Shown piece after piece: positions 46,157 through 56,221 of a DNA stretch of 64,000 nucleotides. Position numbers and translations under genes: made by a program. Numbering within the stretch: position 1 is the stretch's first letter; the number at the start of each line of letters is the position of its first letter. This DNA comes from an uncultured Bdellovibrionales bacterium (GTDB taxonomy: Bacteria; Bdellovibrionota; Bdellovibrionia; Bdellovibrionales; JAEYZS01), in the NCBI GenBank assembly GCA_964469265.1, contig CAYXYF010000003.1, positions 23,010-87,009 of the forward strand. The letters run 5' to 3'. The notes beneath the pieces were generated by a model that did not search any database, was not told the DNA's origin, and was given only the letters and a program-made list of their open reading frames with translations.

Positions 46157-46930
46157 TTAATATTGCGTTAATATCTCATAGCCCGTGTCTGTGATCAACA
46201 CTGTGTGCTCAAATTGTGCGGACAACGCACCGTCACCCGTTTTATAGTACTTTATTGTCGATCCAGGTATATCCAACTCAATAAGCTCAGACTCTGTTTC
46301 ATTGATCATGGGCTCAACAGTAATACAGGTAAAAGGTTTTAAGATTTCACCGCGACCTTTTTTCCCAAATGCAGGCACAAATGGATCAAGATGAAAGTTT
46401 TTTCCGATTCCATGGCCACCGATCTCTTTAACAACCGAATACCCAGCCCTTGTTGTATATTTATATGTTTCAAAGCCGATATCGCCCGTGTAGCCGTTCG
46501 GAGTGATAGCATCAATTCCTTTATGCATTGCTTGTTCCGCAGCGTCTGTGAGCCGTTTAGCTCTATCCGAAACATTCCCCACCATATAGGTTCTGGAAGT
46601 ATCCCCATAAAAACCATCCAGCAATGCCGTAACATCAATGTTCACAATATCGCCGTCTTTTAAAACTGTTTCATCAGGATACCCATGACAGATCACATCG
46701 TTAATTGATGTGCAACTTGCCCACTTGTATCCGAAATAATCAATGGTGGCTGGAACGGCATTATGGGTTCGCATAAAGTCGTCGACGATTTTATCGATCT
46801 CTATGGTCTTTATGCCAGCCTTCACATAAGGGATAATGTGATCCAGAGTGCGAGCAGCTAACTCGCAGGACTTCTTCATTTTCTTTATTTCGTCCATTGT
46901 TAGGACTTGAGGTCTTCTATCGTAATTCAT
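46157..46930 (-). CDS. map: type I methionine aminopeptidase
   Basis: [24 protein letters not shown] and FTVEPM(I), EHTVLIT metal-ligand blocks. Confidence 0.92.
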   Translation of the reverse strand: MNYDRRPQVLTMDEIKKMKKSCELAARTLDHIIPYVKAGIKTIEIDKIVDDFMRTHNAVPATIDYFGYKWASCTSINDVICHGYPDETVLKDGDIVNIDVTALLDGFYGDTSRTYMVGNVSDRAKRLTDAAEQAMHKGIDAITPNGYTGDIGFETYKYTTRAGYSVVKEIGGHGIGKNFHLDPFVPAFGKKGRGEILKPFTCITVEPMINETESELIELDIPGSTIKYYKTGDGALSAQFEHTVLITDTGYEILTQY

Positions 46931-46967
46931 TGAGAAAGTCTTATGTTACTCAAAGCAAAAAGACAAT

Positions 46968-46999
46968 AAAAAACCCGTATAGGACATCCTATACGGGTT
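46968..46999 (-). terminator. Rho-independent terminator after the SWIB gene
   Basis: ACCCGTATAGG-acat-CCTATACGGGT, followed on the minus strand by a T-run. Confidence 0.75.
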
Positions 47000-47039
47000 T
47001 CTAAATCTATTACGTGTTACCGTAAGATTTTTCTAAAAC

Positions 47040-47468
47040 TTATTTCAAGTGCTTAGAAACGAACTTAGTCATTTCAAACATAGAAACTTGGTTCTTTCCG
47101 AAGATAGGCTTAAGTTTGCTATCAGCGTTGATGTTTCTTCTGTTTTTAGAATCTTGAAGGTTGTTCTTTCTGATGTAAGCCCAAAGCTTCTTCACAACTT
47201 CAGTTCTTGGAATCGGCTTAGCACCTACTACTTCAGCAAGAGCTGCTGATGGAGTTAGAGGTCTCATGAAAGCTGCATTAGGCTTTCTTTTAGTTTTAGT
47301 CTTCTTCTTCTTTGGAGCGGCTTTTTTAGTCGCTTTCTTAGTAGCTTTTTTAGTCGCTTTTTTCTTAGTAGCTTTCTTAGCGGCTTTTTTAGTAGCTTTC
47401 TTCTTTGTAGCTTTCTTAGTTGCCTTCTTAGTAGCTTTTTTCTTAGTAGCTTTCTTCTTCTTTGCCAT
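47040..47468 (-). CDS. SWIB/MDM2-domain protein with N-terminal lysine-rich histone-H1-like tail
   Basis: I start at ATG 47468 (GGAGGA 7 nt upstream). The tail has about 60 aa of KKATKK repeats. The C-terminal FMRPLTPSAALAEVVGAKPIPRTEVVKKLWAYIRKNNLQDSKNRRNINADSKLKPIFG...MFEMTKFVSKHL closely resembles, from memory, bacterial/chlamydial SWIB proteins. Confidence 0.85.
   Translation of the reverse strand: MAKKKKATKKKATKKATKKATKKKATKKAAKKATKKKATKKATKKATKKAAPKKKKTKTKRKPNAAFMRPLTPSAALAEVVGAKPIPRTEVVKKLWAYIRKNNLQDSKNRRNINADSKLKPIFGKNQVSMFEMTKFVSKHLK
47285..47462 (-). repeat. coding low-complexity repeat (AAG/AAA-GCN-ACN units encoding KKAT)
   Basis: Plus strand shows reiterated gctttcttagta / gcttttttagtc units. 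It translates to KKATKKATKK... on the minus strand. Confidence 0.85.
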
Positions 47469-47685
47469 TTGTGTTTCCTCCATAAATGGTTGGTTTATTT
47501 TGTTCGTGCAAGATAATCATAGCTATTTGTAAGGCTTTGTCCAAAGAAAAATTTAAAAATAATCATTTTTTTTAAAGGGGTCCCAGACGAGGGTTCAACA
47601 AAATATGCTCAAGCCCCCTCTGAAAATTGAAGTTTCATAAGACCGATGACGACTATATATAGTGTTTTCCCCTCGAAAAGTGAGG

Positions 47686-48183
47686 TTATTTGCGTTGATT
47701 TGCTCTCGAAAATAGCAGAAGTAGCCTCTCGTACGCCTCTGACAAACGGTAGAAATCAGCATAAACTTCCTTCTGTTTAGTCAAAGTGACACCGCTGTTT
47801 CTATCGGGATGAAGCTCAAATGCTAGTCTTCGATAGTCCTTTTTAAGGTCTAAGACCGACATACTAAGGAACATTCGAGCTCCTTTTTGAAAGAAAAACT
47901 CCGCCGATTGCACATCCCTACAGTCCGAAAACCTAGACACAAAAACTTCGAACCGTTGACGTTCCTTCTTAAGCTGCTGGGCAAGGATTTCCTCTCGAGA
48001 TTTCTGATATGAAGAATAACTTGTCTTTTCTACGGTAAAGAAAAATGACTGAGAAAGTGGAGTTGAGTTGATCCATCTTAAGAGATCAGGACTAATTGTT
48101 GATTCTGAAAAACCATGAACTTGCGAAGATTGATCGACCTGTTTTTTAAGCTTTTCATCTAAGATTTTTTGAAACAAACTCAT
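47686..48183 (-). CDS. J-domain protein (C-terminal DnaJ-like domain)
   Basis: DYRRLAFELHPDRN contains the HPD motif. It is followed by YADFYRLSEAYERL, typical of J-domain helix III. Confidence 0.6.
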   Translation of the reverse strand: MSLFQKILDEKLKKQVDQSSQVHGFSESTISPDLLRWINSTPLSQSFFFTVEKTSYSSYQKSREEILAQQLKKERQRFEVFVSRFSDCRDVQSAEFFFQKGARMFLSMSVLDLKKDYRRLAFELHPDRNSGVTLTKQKEVYADFYRLSEAYERLLLLFSRANQRK

Positions 48184-48272
48184 GATATTTTTTCGGCATA
48201 TCAGGAGTGAGGTATAAGGCCAGATTAACTTTTTCCTTGTATTAAAAACAAAAGTATTTCAATCTGTTAGGT

Positions 48273-48491
48273 ATGAGCCGCAACCCGATAAACAACCAGA
48301 TGCCAACAAATCTTAAGGACACATTGCTACAGCTTGAAGGCACCCTCAATGAATGGGAAAACATCGCTCCTGAAGATCAAGAAGCAGTCCAGCTCACCAA
48401 AGAAAAAGAAGTTTTAGAAAACGAACTTCAAAAAAAAGCTCGGGTTATCTTAGATAAGTTAAAAGATCAGATAGAAGAGCTATCTGAATAA
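48273..48491 (+). CDS. small acidic coiled-coil protein (72 aa)
   Basis: ATG ORF with a Glu/Lys/Leu heptad-like sequence. Located 13 nt upstream of hemH. Confidence 0.45.
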   Translation: MSRNPINNQMPTNLKDTLLQLEGTLNEWENIAPEDQEAVQLTKEKEVLENELQKKARVILDKLKDQIEELSE

Positions 48492-48504
48492 TACTGGAGA
48501 CCCT

Positions 48505-49512
48505 ATGAACGGTCTACTTCTCGTCAACCTCGGTAGTCCAACTCACCCCACAGTTCCTGCAATCCGCCGTTATCTTAGAGAGTTTCTTATGGACCCTTAC
48601 GTGCTCGATATGCCCTATCTCTCGCGCGCAGCACTTGTATATGGATTGATCCTACCCTTCAGGCCACACAAGACTCTTGCGAGCTATAAGGCGATCTGGA
48701 CGGATGAAGGTTCCCCCTTAATTGTGGAGAGCATCGAACTCAAAAAAGCTCTTCAAGCTCATTTTGATAAAAACAACATCAAGACCTTTGTTGAAATCGG
48801 CATGCGGTACCAAGACCCTACCCTTGAACAAGCCCTAGACTCCTTTAAGGCTAAAAATATTAAAAACATAAAGGTTATCCCCCTTTATCCACAGTATGCG
48901 CTCTCTGCAACAACGACCGCCATTGAAAAACTTAAAAGTCTCAACACTCAAAAATTTAACTCGTTCTTTGAACTCACATTTATTAAAGACTTTTTTAACG
49001 ATACCCGCTTTATCCAACCGCTGATTGAAACCACGCAAAAACACCTCGCAGGTGTAGAATACGACCACCTGCTCATAAGCTTTCATGGGATTCCGAAAAG
49101 CCAGCTCGGTGCCGTCGTAAACTCCACGAAGTGCAATTTCGGTGGTGGATGTTGTGATAAGGTGGATACCAACAATAGGGATTGTTATCGGGCGCAGTGC
49201 TTTGAGACAGCAAGGCTACTTGCGCAAGGCTTAAATCTTTCAAAGGACAAATGGTCCATCGGCTTTCAGTCCAGACTTACGAAGGGATGGATTGAGCCAT
49301 TCACTGACAAGATTCTAGATGATCTCCCCCGTCAGGGCATTAAAAAACTTGCGGTGGTATGTCCTTCGTTTATTTCAGATTGCCTAGAAACATTAGAGGA
49401 AATTAATATTAGGGAGCGCGAGCGTTTCTTAAAAGCTGGTGGCGAGCACTATCATTACATTCCATGCGTCAATCATTCCCCAAGTTGGGTGAAGGCGCTA
49501 GGGGAGTTCTAA
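48505..49512 (+). CDS. hemH: ferrochelatase
   Basis: LLVNLGSPTHPT..IRRYLREFLMDP, PLYPQYA, ISFHGIP and SDCLETLEEI are canonical HemH blocks. Confidence 0.9.
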   Translation: MNGLLLVNLGSPTHPTVPAIRRYLREFLMDPYVLDMPYLSRAALVYGLILPFRPHKTLASYKAIWTDEGSPLIVESIELKKALQAHFDKNNIKTFVEIGMRYQDPTLEQALDSFKAKNIKNIKVIPLYPQYALSATTTAIEKLKSLNTQKFNSFFELTFIKDFFNDTRFIQPLIETTQKHLAGVEYDHLLISFHGIPKSQLGAVVNSTKCNFGGGCCDKVDTNNRDCYRAQCFETARLLAQGLNLSKDKWSIGFQSRLTKGWIEPFTDKILDDLPRQGIKKLAVVCPSFISDCLETLEEINIRERERFLKAGGEHYHYIPCVNHSPSWVKALGEF

Positions 49513-50339
49513 TGGCTGGAACAAAAAAACGAAAATATAAACGCACGGACACACCTTCTAAAAAACGTAAAAAATACGACGACCCCCTCAAAACAACATC
49601 AGACTTAAAAGGTATTTTCGGTTTACTGGAAGGTATCTTAAGAAAATTTCGAAGCGTAAGTTTTGTCTTAATGTTAGCCCCAATGGTTGTCATCTACCTT
49701 GTTTGCATTGGAATGGCTCTCACACCTGGGGTTTTTATTTTTAAAGTCGCATACCCTCAAATAGAGTCTGTTGATTTCATGGTGCAAGTACCTTTGTTGG
49801 GACTTTGTTTTGCCGCAGGGTTAATATGTTTTTGGCTCTCCCTTATTCTTGTGATCCCTTTGTTTAACTTGCCTTTACTCCCCCTTATTAAGCCTCAAAA
49901 AGGAACTTGGTACTCTTTAAACGTCATCCCTTGGTACTATCACAATGGCTTAACACAACTTGCACGATACCTTGCTTTAGACTTCATGACCCCCACACCT
50001 ATTAACATCATGTTTTATAAATTAATGGGAATGAAAATTGGAAAAGGTGTTGTCATCAATACCTCTAACATCTCCGATCCTTGCCTTATCCGACTTGATG
50101 ACTATGTCACCATCGGTGGATCAGCAACACTCTTTGCTCATTACGGAATGAAGGGTTATTTAATCGTTGACCGAGTGCATATCAAAAGCGGAGCAACCAT
50201 TGGCCTTAAAGCAAGTGTTATGGGAGACGTGATCATTGGAAAAAACGTTATGGTCACCCCCCACACGGTCATCTTACCCAAGTCCCGTATTGCTGATGGT
50301 TCTATGGTCGGAGTGACCACGAAAAGCCCCTCAAACTAA
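49512..50339 (+). CDS. membrane protein with C-terminal hexapeptide-repeat (left-handed beta-helix) domain
   Basis: I start at the ATG overlapping the hemH stop (TAATG at 49510-49514). Basic N-terminus, two or three TM helices, then IGKGVVINTSNI...VTIGGSATL...IKSGATIGLKASVMGDVIIGKNVMV. Confidence 0.6.
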   Translation: MAGTKKRKYKRTDTPSKKRKKYDDPLKTTSDLKGIFGLLEGILRKFRSVSFVLMLAPMVVIYLVCIGMALTPGVFIFKVAYPQIESVDFMVQVPLLGLCFAAGLICFWLSLILVIPLFNLPLLPLIKPQKGTWYSLNVIPWYYHNGLTQLARYLALDFMTPTPINIMFYKLMGMKIGKGVVINTSNISDPCLIRLDDYVTIGGSATLFAHYGMKGYLIVDRVHIKSGATIGLKASVMGDVIIGKNVMVTPHTVILPKSRIADGSMVGVTTKSPSN

Positions 50340-50352
50340 CATCTTTAAAACT

Positions 50353-50667
50353 TCAGCTTTTGCTTCCGCCGTGACAGGCTGGAGATTGGAATTTTGAGGG
50401 ATCTTCTTTTGCAAATTCGGAAGGTGTTAGGAGTCTCATCGTTAGAGCATGGACACCGCTCTTTAACTCATCTGAAAGTAAGTCATATATGAGGCGCTGC
50501 CTCTGTACCCGACTTTGACCTTCAAACTTTTCACTCACCAATACTAACCGAAAATGGGTTTCAGAATTTTTGGGGACCGAATGATTGTGGCTTTCGTTAA
50601 CGACTTCTGAAAACTGCGGATTTAAAGCGCTAATTTTCTTTTGAATCTGAGTTTCAACTTGTCCCAT
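50353..50667 (-). CDS. BolA family protein
   Basis: 104 aa. NESHNHSVP..ETHFRLVLVSEKFEG.SRVQRQRLIY..L..E...GVHALTM matches the BolA pattern. Confidence 0.75.
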   Translation of the reverse strand: MGQVETQIQKKISALNPQFSEVVNESHNHSVPKNSETHFRLVLVSEKFEGQSRVQRQRLIYDLLSDELKSGVHALTMRLLTPSEFAKEDPSKFQSPACHGGSKS

Positions 50668-50705
50668 AAAATCTTATGTAACAGAGATTTTCGTAGAACT
50701 CAATC

Positions 50706-51752
50706 TTAATGAAACAAAGATCCACAGCGCCCGAAGTTGCCTCGGATGAATTCAGGCTTTGCATGCAAAAAGAGATTATTCTTATTGCTGTAAGGCTCTA
50801 AGTTATAGACCTGTTCCAGCTGGGAGTTTTTGAATTTGTATAAATAACCCCAGTTTGCTGTCCTAGACTTTTCATGAAAGTAAGCAAAGGTTTTATAAAT
50901 CACGGCAATGGCCATATCCGATAGTCCTGCAGCTATTAGGAAAGTCGAAATATCAAAAGAGTTGTTCAATATGTTTTCAAAATTAAGAGCAACACCAATT
51001 GCTACAGCTATTCCTATAAAAACTGGATTCTTTAAATTCTGCAAAGCTTGCTCAAAATGAAATCTGCTCTCATACCCCACGGAAACCATTTCTTGGTAGG
51101 AGCCAAATAAAGTTCCGTTTTTAATCTTAAAAAAACTCATTAATGTTTTTGCGCGCTTCTGAGAGATCCAAAGATCACTACACATAGTGAGACAAGACTC
51201 TAACATCACAAATGCATTATTACTAAACCGCCCTACAAGCGGATCAAAAATGTAACGAAACTGCTTATCGACATTCTTTTCACCAAAGGTACTGAGGTAT
51301 CTAAATATGGTCGATGTTTCCGCCGTGCGAGTTTCAGTATCTTTGCTCTCTTGAGTTTCACGGTGACTAAAGTCAGTGTTTCCATGATCCATTAAAATAA
51401 GATGAGATATCTCATGGTGGGGTTTTAATTGTTCGATGAGTTGGTTTCTAATGCCTTCACGGACACCCTTCATCACGTTGGGAGCAATTACTCTTCCCCA
51501 CGTGTAGGGAATGCTTTGAGTGGCATGAATAAAATCATGGTCAGGCAAGAGGTTCCTTACAAATCGCTCAAGGGATTGCACATCTGCTTCAGTGAAGGCC
51601 GCATGGTCAAGAATAGAGACAACAACGACAGTCTTTGTTTTAGTTTCGTTGTTTAATGACGTGTCACGGGCGCTGGCCTTAGGGCTCAACGCCTGTAACA
51701 CAATTAGTACCCCCAAAATGTTTAAAAACATTCCCTCAAACCATTTTCCCAC
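50706..51752 (-). CDS. hypothetical membrane-associated protein (348 aa)
   Basis: N-terminal signal/TM segment and two C-terminal hydrophobic helices. No family recognised. Confidence 0.55.
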   Translation of the reverse strand: MGKWFEGMFLNILGVLIVLQALSPKASARDTSLNNETKTKTVVVVSILDHAAFTEADVQSLERFVRNLLPDHDFIHATQSIPYTWGRVIAPNVMKGVREGIRNQLIEQLKPHHEISHLILMDHGNTDFSHRETQESKDTETRTAETSTIFRYLSTFGEKNVDKQFRYIFDPLVGRFSNNAFVMLESCLTMCSDLWISQKRAKTLMSFFKIKNGTLFGSYQEMVSVGYESRFHFEQALQNLKNPVFIGIAVAIGVALNFENILNNSFDISTFLIAAGLSDMAIAVIYKTFAYFHEKSRTANWGYLYKFKNSQLEQVYNLEPYSNKNNLFLHAKPEFIRGNFGRCGSLFH

Positions 51753-51836
51753 GATGGAAGGAGATTAGAAAAACTCAGGATAAATTTGGATATCAAAGTG
51801 ATGAAACAAAAGGTTTACACACTAAGAATTATGAAA

Positions 51837-53867
51837 TTAGTTCTTAGTTGCGTCTGTTGATTGTTCGCCGAGCTGTTTTATAAGATCTGAGAGCATTTTC
51901 TTGCGTTGGTTGGCTGCCAATGGACGATGCCCATTCTCATATTTTTTAAAAAATTTCGGATTAGCCTCTTCTAGAAACCTTGATGGGATACGTCCTAACC
52001 AACGGCCATTGACCTGACGTTTTTGTGAGTAAGTCAGGACAAGATGATGTTGCGCCCGAGTAATACCAACATAAAACAAACGTCGTTCCTCGGCTATATC
52101 TGTACCCAATCTTTTGTGCGGAAGTATATCTTCTTCTACACCAATTAAGATCACACATGGAAACTCTAAACCCTTGCAAGCGTGCAAAGTCATAAGCTGC
52201 ACTTTATCGACTTCGCCTGATTCTTCTTCTTGGTCTCGGAGGTCAAGACTCATAATAAACTCATCAAAAGTTTTAAAGTCTCGTTTGCGTTTTTCGATAA
52301 ACCGATTCATCCATCGCGCGTAAGCTTCAACAAGATTCCAACGCTTTTGACCAGTGACTGCGTCTTTTGAAATTTCATTGAGATAATGACGGTAACCGAT
52401 TTGTTCGAGAGTCTTTAACAATACCTCGCCTGGCGTAACATCTCTGTTATTGACCATCTGATCTTTGAGATTTTTCAGAATACTATAAAGGGAGTCAATG
52501 GTGGCCCCTGCCTTTGGATTGACATCACAAAGGGCCCAGTTCTTGGCACAACTGTAAAACGGAGTATTTAAGGCTTTTGATTTTTCAACTATTTTTTCAA
52601 TAGTAACTTCGCCAAGCCCTCTTGATGGGGTATTAAAAATCCTTCGAAAATCAACATCATTGGGTTTAAATGCACACTTCACATAGCTGTGTACATCTTT
52701 GACTTCTTTACGCTCTAAAAAACTTGTTCCACCCGATATTTTATAAGGAATTTGATTCTCTCTTAAAGAAGACTCAAGCATTGCTCCCTGTGCATTTGCG
52801 CGAAACAACACAGCGATATCATTATAGCGGTACTCTTTATCTTTAAAACCTTTTACTTCTCGGATGACGCCTTCAACTTCTTCCATATCGAGTTCAAAGC
52901 GAAACACCTCTGGAATAGCACCGACTGCAACAGTCTCGTTATTTGGATTATACAAAACTTTGCCATGGCGTTTATCATTTTTTGAAATGACATCGTTTGC
53001 GAGATTTAGAATTTGAGTTGTGGAGCGATAGTTTTTTTCAAGCCGAACAACAAGGCAATCCTTTTGCCGTTTTGGAAAATCCAAAATATTTTGAACCTGC
53101 GCTCCTCGCCAGCCATAGATGGATTGATCATCGTCACCAACGACCACCAAGTTCCCAGTCTTTTTTGCTAAAAGATTTACGAGCTTCATCTGTGCAATGT
53201 TTGTGTCTTGAAACTCATCAACCATGATTTGTTGCCAATGATTTTGCTCGGTCTTTAAAATTTCAGGGTGCTCGTTAAATAAATCAATCACCTTTAAGAT
53301 TAAATCATCAAAGTCCACAACACCTAAAAGTTCTTTTTTGCGCATATATTTTGGCAAAAGCCACTCGGTTGTTACATCGTACTCTTGATCTGTTTTTGCA
53401 GACTTCTGACTAAGCTCCCGCCAACGTGACATTTGACTTAAAAGCATGTCCGTATCAAACTTGTCTTTTTTATAGAGGTTATAGTTTCTTAAAATTTCTC
53501 GAACAACACCGTTGGCGTCTTGCTGATCGAGAATGCCGAAATACTTGGGCAGATTGGCCTCTTTATAATATTTCCTTAATGTCCGCACCCCAAAAGAATG
53601 AAACGTTCCCGTCCATAGTTTTCTAACGGACTTTGAATTTCCCAAACGCTTTTCAACCCGAAGGCCAAGTTCCCTCGCTGCTTTATTTGTGAATGTCAGT
53701 ACGCAAATGTTCTCAGGGCTTGCAATTTTCTCTGCGATCAAGCGGCCTGTGCGGGCAACCAATGTTGTGGTCTTTCCAGAGCCCGCGCCTGCCAGAACCA
53801 GCATAGGACCGTAATTGTGTGCGACCGCAAGTCTTTGTTCATCATTAAGTCCGTCATACCAACTCAC
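51837..53867 (-). CDS. ATP-dependent DNA helicase, UvrD/Rep/PcrA (SF1A) family
   Basis: Walker A GAGSGKTTTL, motif II VDEFQDTN, GDDDQSIYGWRGA, NYRST, the LMTLHACKGLEF motif and LFYVGITRA. Confidence 0.9.
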   Translation of the reverse strand: MSWYDGLNDEQRLAVAHNYGPMLVLAGAGSGKTTTLVARTGRLIAEKIASPENICVLTFTNKAARELGLRVEKRLGNSKSVRKLWTGTFHSFGVRTLRKYYKEANLPKYFGILDQQDANGVVREILRNYNLYKKDKFDTDMLLSQMSRWRELSQKSAKTDQEYDVTTEWLLPKYMRKKELLGVVDFDDLILKVIDLFNEHPEILKTEQNHWQQIMVDEFQDTNIAQMKLVNLLAKKTGNLVVVGDDDQSIYGWRGAQVQNILDFPKRQKDCLVVRLEKNYRSTTQILNLANDVISKNDKRHGKVLYNPNNETVAVGAIPEVFRFELDMEEVEGVIREVKGFKDKEYRYNDIAVLFRANAQGAMLESSLRENQIPYKISGGTSFLERKEVKDVHSYVKCAFKPNDVDFRRIFNTPSRGLGEVTIEKIVEKSKALNTPFYSCAKNWALCDVNPKAGATIDSLYSILKNLKDQMVNNRDVTPGEVLLKTLEQIGYRHYLNEISKDAVTGQKRWNLVEAYARWMNRFIEKRKRDFKTFDEFIMSLDLRDQEEESGEVDKVQLMTLHACKGLEFPCVILIGVEEDILPHKRLGTDIAEERRLFYVGITRAQHHLVLTYSQKRQVNGRWLGRIPSRFLEEANPKFFKKYENGHRPLAANQRKKMLSDLIKQLGEQSTDATKN

Positions 53868-53882
53868 AACACTGCCACCTTT

Positions 53883-54755
53883 TTATCTGACGGGTCTAAC
53901 TTTTTTATAAATTGTAATCGGATCCCCGACATTTGAATTAATAATTTCGACGGCCGAGATATAAAGACTGCTGTTTTTAGTTTCGAGTCTCTTCTGTATT
54001 CTCCGAATATCTTTTTCGCTTTTTGGCTCGAACGTTTCAACGGCCTTATGATTTTTATAAAAATATCTATCAACCTTAGGTCTTTCTAAATACATTGACC
54101 ACTTCTTTGAATTGATTGCACAAGAATATGTCACGCTATTGGAATAGCTATGGAGCGGAGTGTATGTTGTTATGACTTCAAACTGTCCAAAGCAAGGGTG
54201 GAGCCTAAGCGCCCTAGAATGCCATTGGGTGACGCCGTAGAGCTTTTTAACATTCGTATACCAAAGTCCAAACGCTTTTGTTAGAAAACCTAAGTTTTTA
54301 AATTTTTTATCTTTAGGTAAAAGCGGATTCACAGAGGCTAAGTTGTGAGCCATCCACGTTCGGTGCTCGGCTGTTGGAATAATAATAAACATCGAAATTG
54401 GTGTCCACTCGTGATGGGAGCGCACTTTTAGTGTTTTTCTCATCTTCGGAGATAAAGCCTTAGATCTGATGGCGTATCCACAAATAATTCCAGGCAAAAC
54501 TCCGCAATCATAAAATACCCACGGCGGAGTGACCATCTCATGTTGTCCGAAAGCGGAGGCATCAAGATTCATTATCGCATATCCAAAGTCCGCTTCATCC
54601 ACTCGCAATGGATCTTTTGTGATATAATTATGCTTAAACCATGGAAAGTCATGGACACTGCCAGGCCTTGCAGGACGATTCTCTTTACGTGCGTACACAT
54701 AGGGACGGATGTCTTTACTGGATAGCCAATCAGGCTTTAAAGATTTATTAGCCAC
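53883..54755 (-). CDS. hypothetical cytoplasmic protein (290 aa)
   Basis: Uninterrupted ORF wedged between fumC (1-nt gap) and the helicase (15-nt gap). Trp/His-rich. No family recognised. Confidence 0.6.
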   Translation of the reverse strand: MANKSLKPDWLSSKDIRPYVYARKENRPARPGSVHDFPWFKHNYITKDPLRVDEADFGYAIMNLDASAFGQHEMVTPPWVFYDCGVLPGIICGYAIRSKALSPKMRKTLKVRSHHEWTPISMFIIIPTAEHRTWMAHNLASVNPLLPKDKKFKNLGFLTKAFGLWYTNVKKLYGVTQWHSRALRLHPCFGQFEVITTYTPLHSYSNSVTYSCAINSKKWSMYLERPKVDRYFYKNHKAVETFEPKSEKDIRRIQKRLETKNSSLYISAVEIINSNVGDPITIYKKVRPVR

Positions 54756-54756
54756 A

Positions 54757-56145
54757 CTATTCCTGCGGCCCTATCATCTGCTCGGGACGAACTGCTTCGT
54801 TAAATTCTTTTTCTGACATTAGCCCCAACTTGACTGCTTCTTCTTTAAGGGTTGTACCATTGGTATAAGCAGCCTTAGCAATCTTTGCAGCATTGTCATA
54901 ACCAATATGCGGATTTAATGCCGTCACTAACATTAGAGAATTTTCTAAGTGCTTTTTGATTTGAGCAGTGTTTGCTTCAATCCCATCAAGACAGTTTTTT
55001 CTAAACGAATTCATCCCGTCTGCAAGCAGGCGAATGGAATTTAAAACATTAAACACGATAAGGGGTTTAAAAACATTCAGCTCAAGATGTCCTTGAAGCC
55101 CCCCTGCCGTTACCGCGGCATCATTACCGATAACTTGAGCACAAACCATTGTTAAGGACTCACACTGAGTAGGATTTACTTTTCCTGGCATAATGGAGCT
55201 GCCAGGTTCATTTGCAGGCAGGTTGAGTTCTGCAAATCCAGACCGTGGACCACTACCGAGCAACCGAATGTCATTTGCAATTTTCATAAATGAACAAGCA
55301 ACGGTTTTTAAACTACCGCTTAATTCAACTAAGGCGTCATGTGCTGCAAGGGACTCAAACTTGTTTGGGCTGCTCACAAATGGAAGTTTTGTCTCGGCTG
55401 AGATTTCTTGACATACAGTTTCCGAAAACTTGGGATGAGTGTTTAATCCAGTGCCCACCGCAGTCCCACCGATTGCAAGTTCATAGATAAATGGTAAATT
55501 TTGTTGAACACGCTTAATGCTATTCTTAACTTGCGTGAGGTAGCCTGAAAATTCTTGGCCTAGGGTTAATGGCGTTGCATCCATTAAGTGCGTGCGACCA
55601 ATTTTTATAATTTGATCAAACTCGTTTGTTTTCTTCTCAAGACTTTTCTCAAACTGTTCAAGTGCTGGAATCAGTTTGTGCTGGATTTGTTCAGCCACTG
55701 CAATATGCATTGCAGTCGGAAATGTATCATTTGATGATTGCGCTTTATTGACGTCATCGTTGGGGTGAATTTTTTTTGAGCCCAGTTTTTCACCCATAAG
55801 TTCAGTGGCTCTATTAGAGATAACTTCATTACTATTCATGTTGGTTTGAGTTCCACTTCCCGTTTGCCAAACCACCAAGGGAAAGTGCTCATCGAGCTGA
55901 CCTGCAATAACTTCATCAGCCGCTTGTTGAATAAACTTTGCTTTGCTCTCATCTAAGAGTTTTAGTTTAGCATTGGCTCTTGCCGCTGCTTTCTTTAGAA
56001 TCCCTAAAGCACGAATCATTTCTCTTGGAAAGTGATCATCTCCGATTTCAAAGTTCTGTAAAGAACGCTGCGTTTGTGCCCCCCAGTATTTATCGCTTGG
56101 TACTTGGATTTCACCCATAGAATCGGTTTCTACTCTAAAGCTCAT
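54757..56145 (-). CDS. fumC: class II fumarate hydratase
   Basis: [15 protein letters not shown] signature, [10 protein letters not shown] and overall FumC-like sequence. Confidence 0.95.
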   Translation of the reverse strand: MSFRVETDSMGEIQVPSDKYWGAQTQRSLQNFEIGDDHFPREMIRALGILKKAAARANAKLKLLDESKAKFIQQAADEVIAGQLDEHFPLVVWQTGSGTQTNMNSNEVISNRATELMGEKLGSKKIHPNDDVNKAQSSNDTFPTAMHIAVAEQIQHKLIPALEQFEKSLEKKTNEFDQIIKIGRTHLMDATPLTLGQEFSGYLTQVKNSIKRVQQNLPFIYELAIGGTAVGTGLNTHPKFSETVCQEISAETKLPFVSSPNKFESLAAHDALVELSGSLKTVACSFMKIANDIRLLGSGPRSGFAELNLPANEPGSSIMPGKVNPTQCESLTMVCAQVIGNDAAVTAGGLQGHLELNVFKPLIVFNVLNSIRLLADGMNSFRKNCLDGIEANTAQIKKHLENSLMLVTALNPHIGYDNAAKIAKAAYTNGTTLKEEAVKLGLMSEKEFNEAVRPEQMIGPQE

Positions 56146-56221
56146 ATTTTTCTCCAGATAAAAGATATTCCTACTCTAATAACCCCCTAGGGAGGTGACA
56201 ATCTAAAAAGTTAAATATAGA

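Noticed and set aside
47266-47532. Periodic repeats around 47.3-47.46 kb as a CRISPR-like array, or the 88-aa plus-strand ORF (FLVAF repeats)
   Set aside because: The period is 9-12 nt with no spacers. The region is the Lys-rich coding tail of the SWIB gene on the minus strand, and the plus-strand ORF is its mirror image.
51837-54755. UvrD-like helicase plus unknown neighbour as a Gabija-like or other defence pair
   Set aside because: The helicase has all housekeeping SF1A motifs and Rep/UvrD length. The neighbour is 290 aa with no ATPase or OLD/TOPRIM nuclease motifs. The pair is co-transcribed with fumC.
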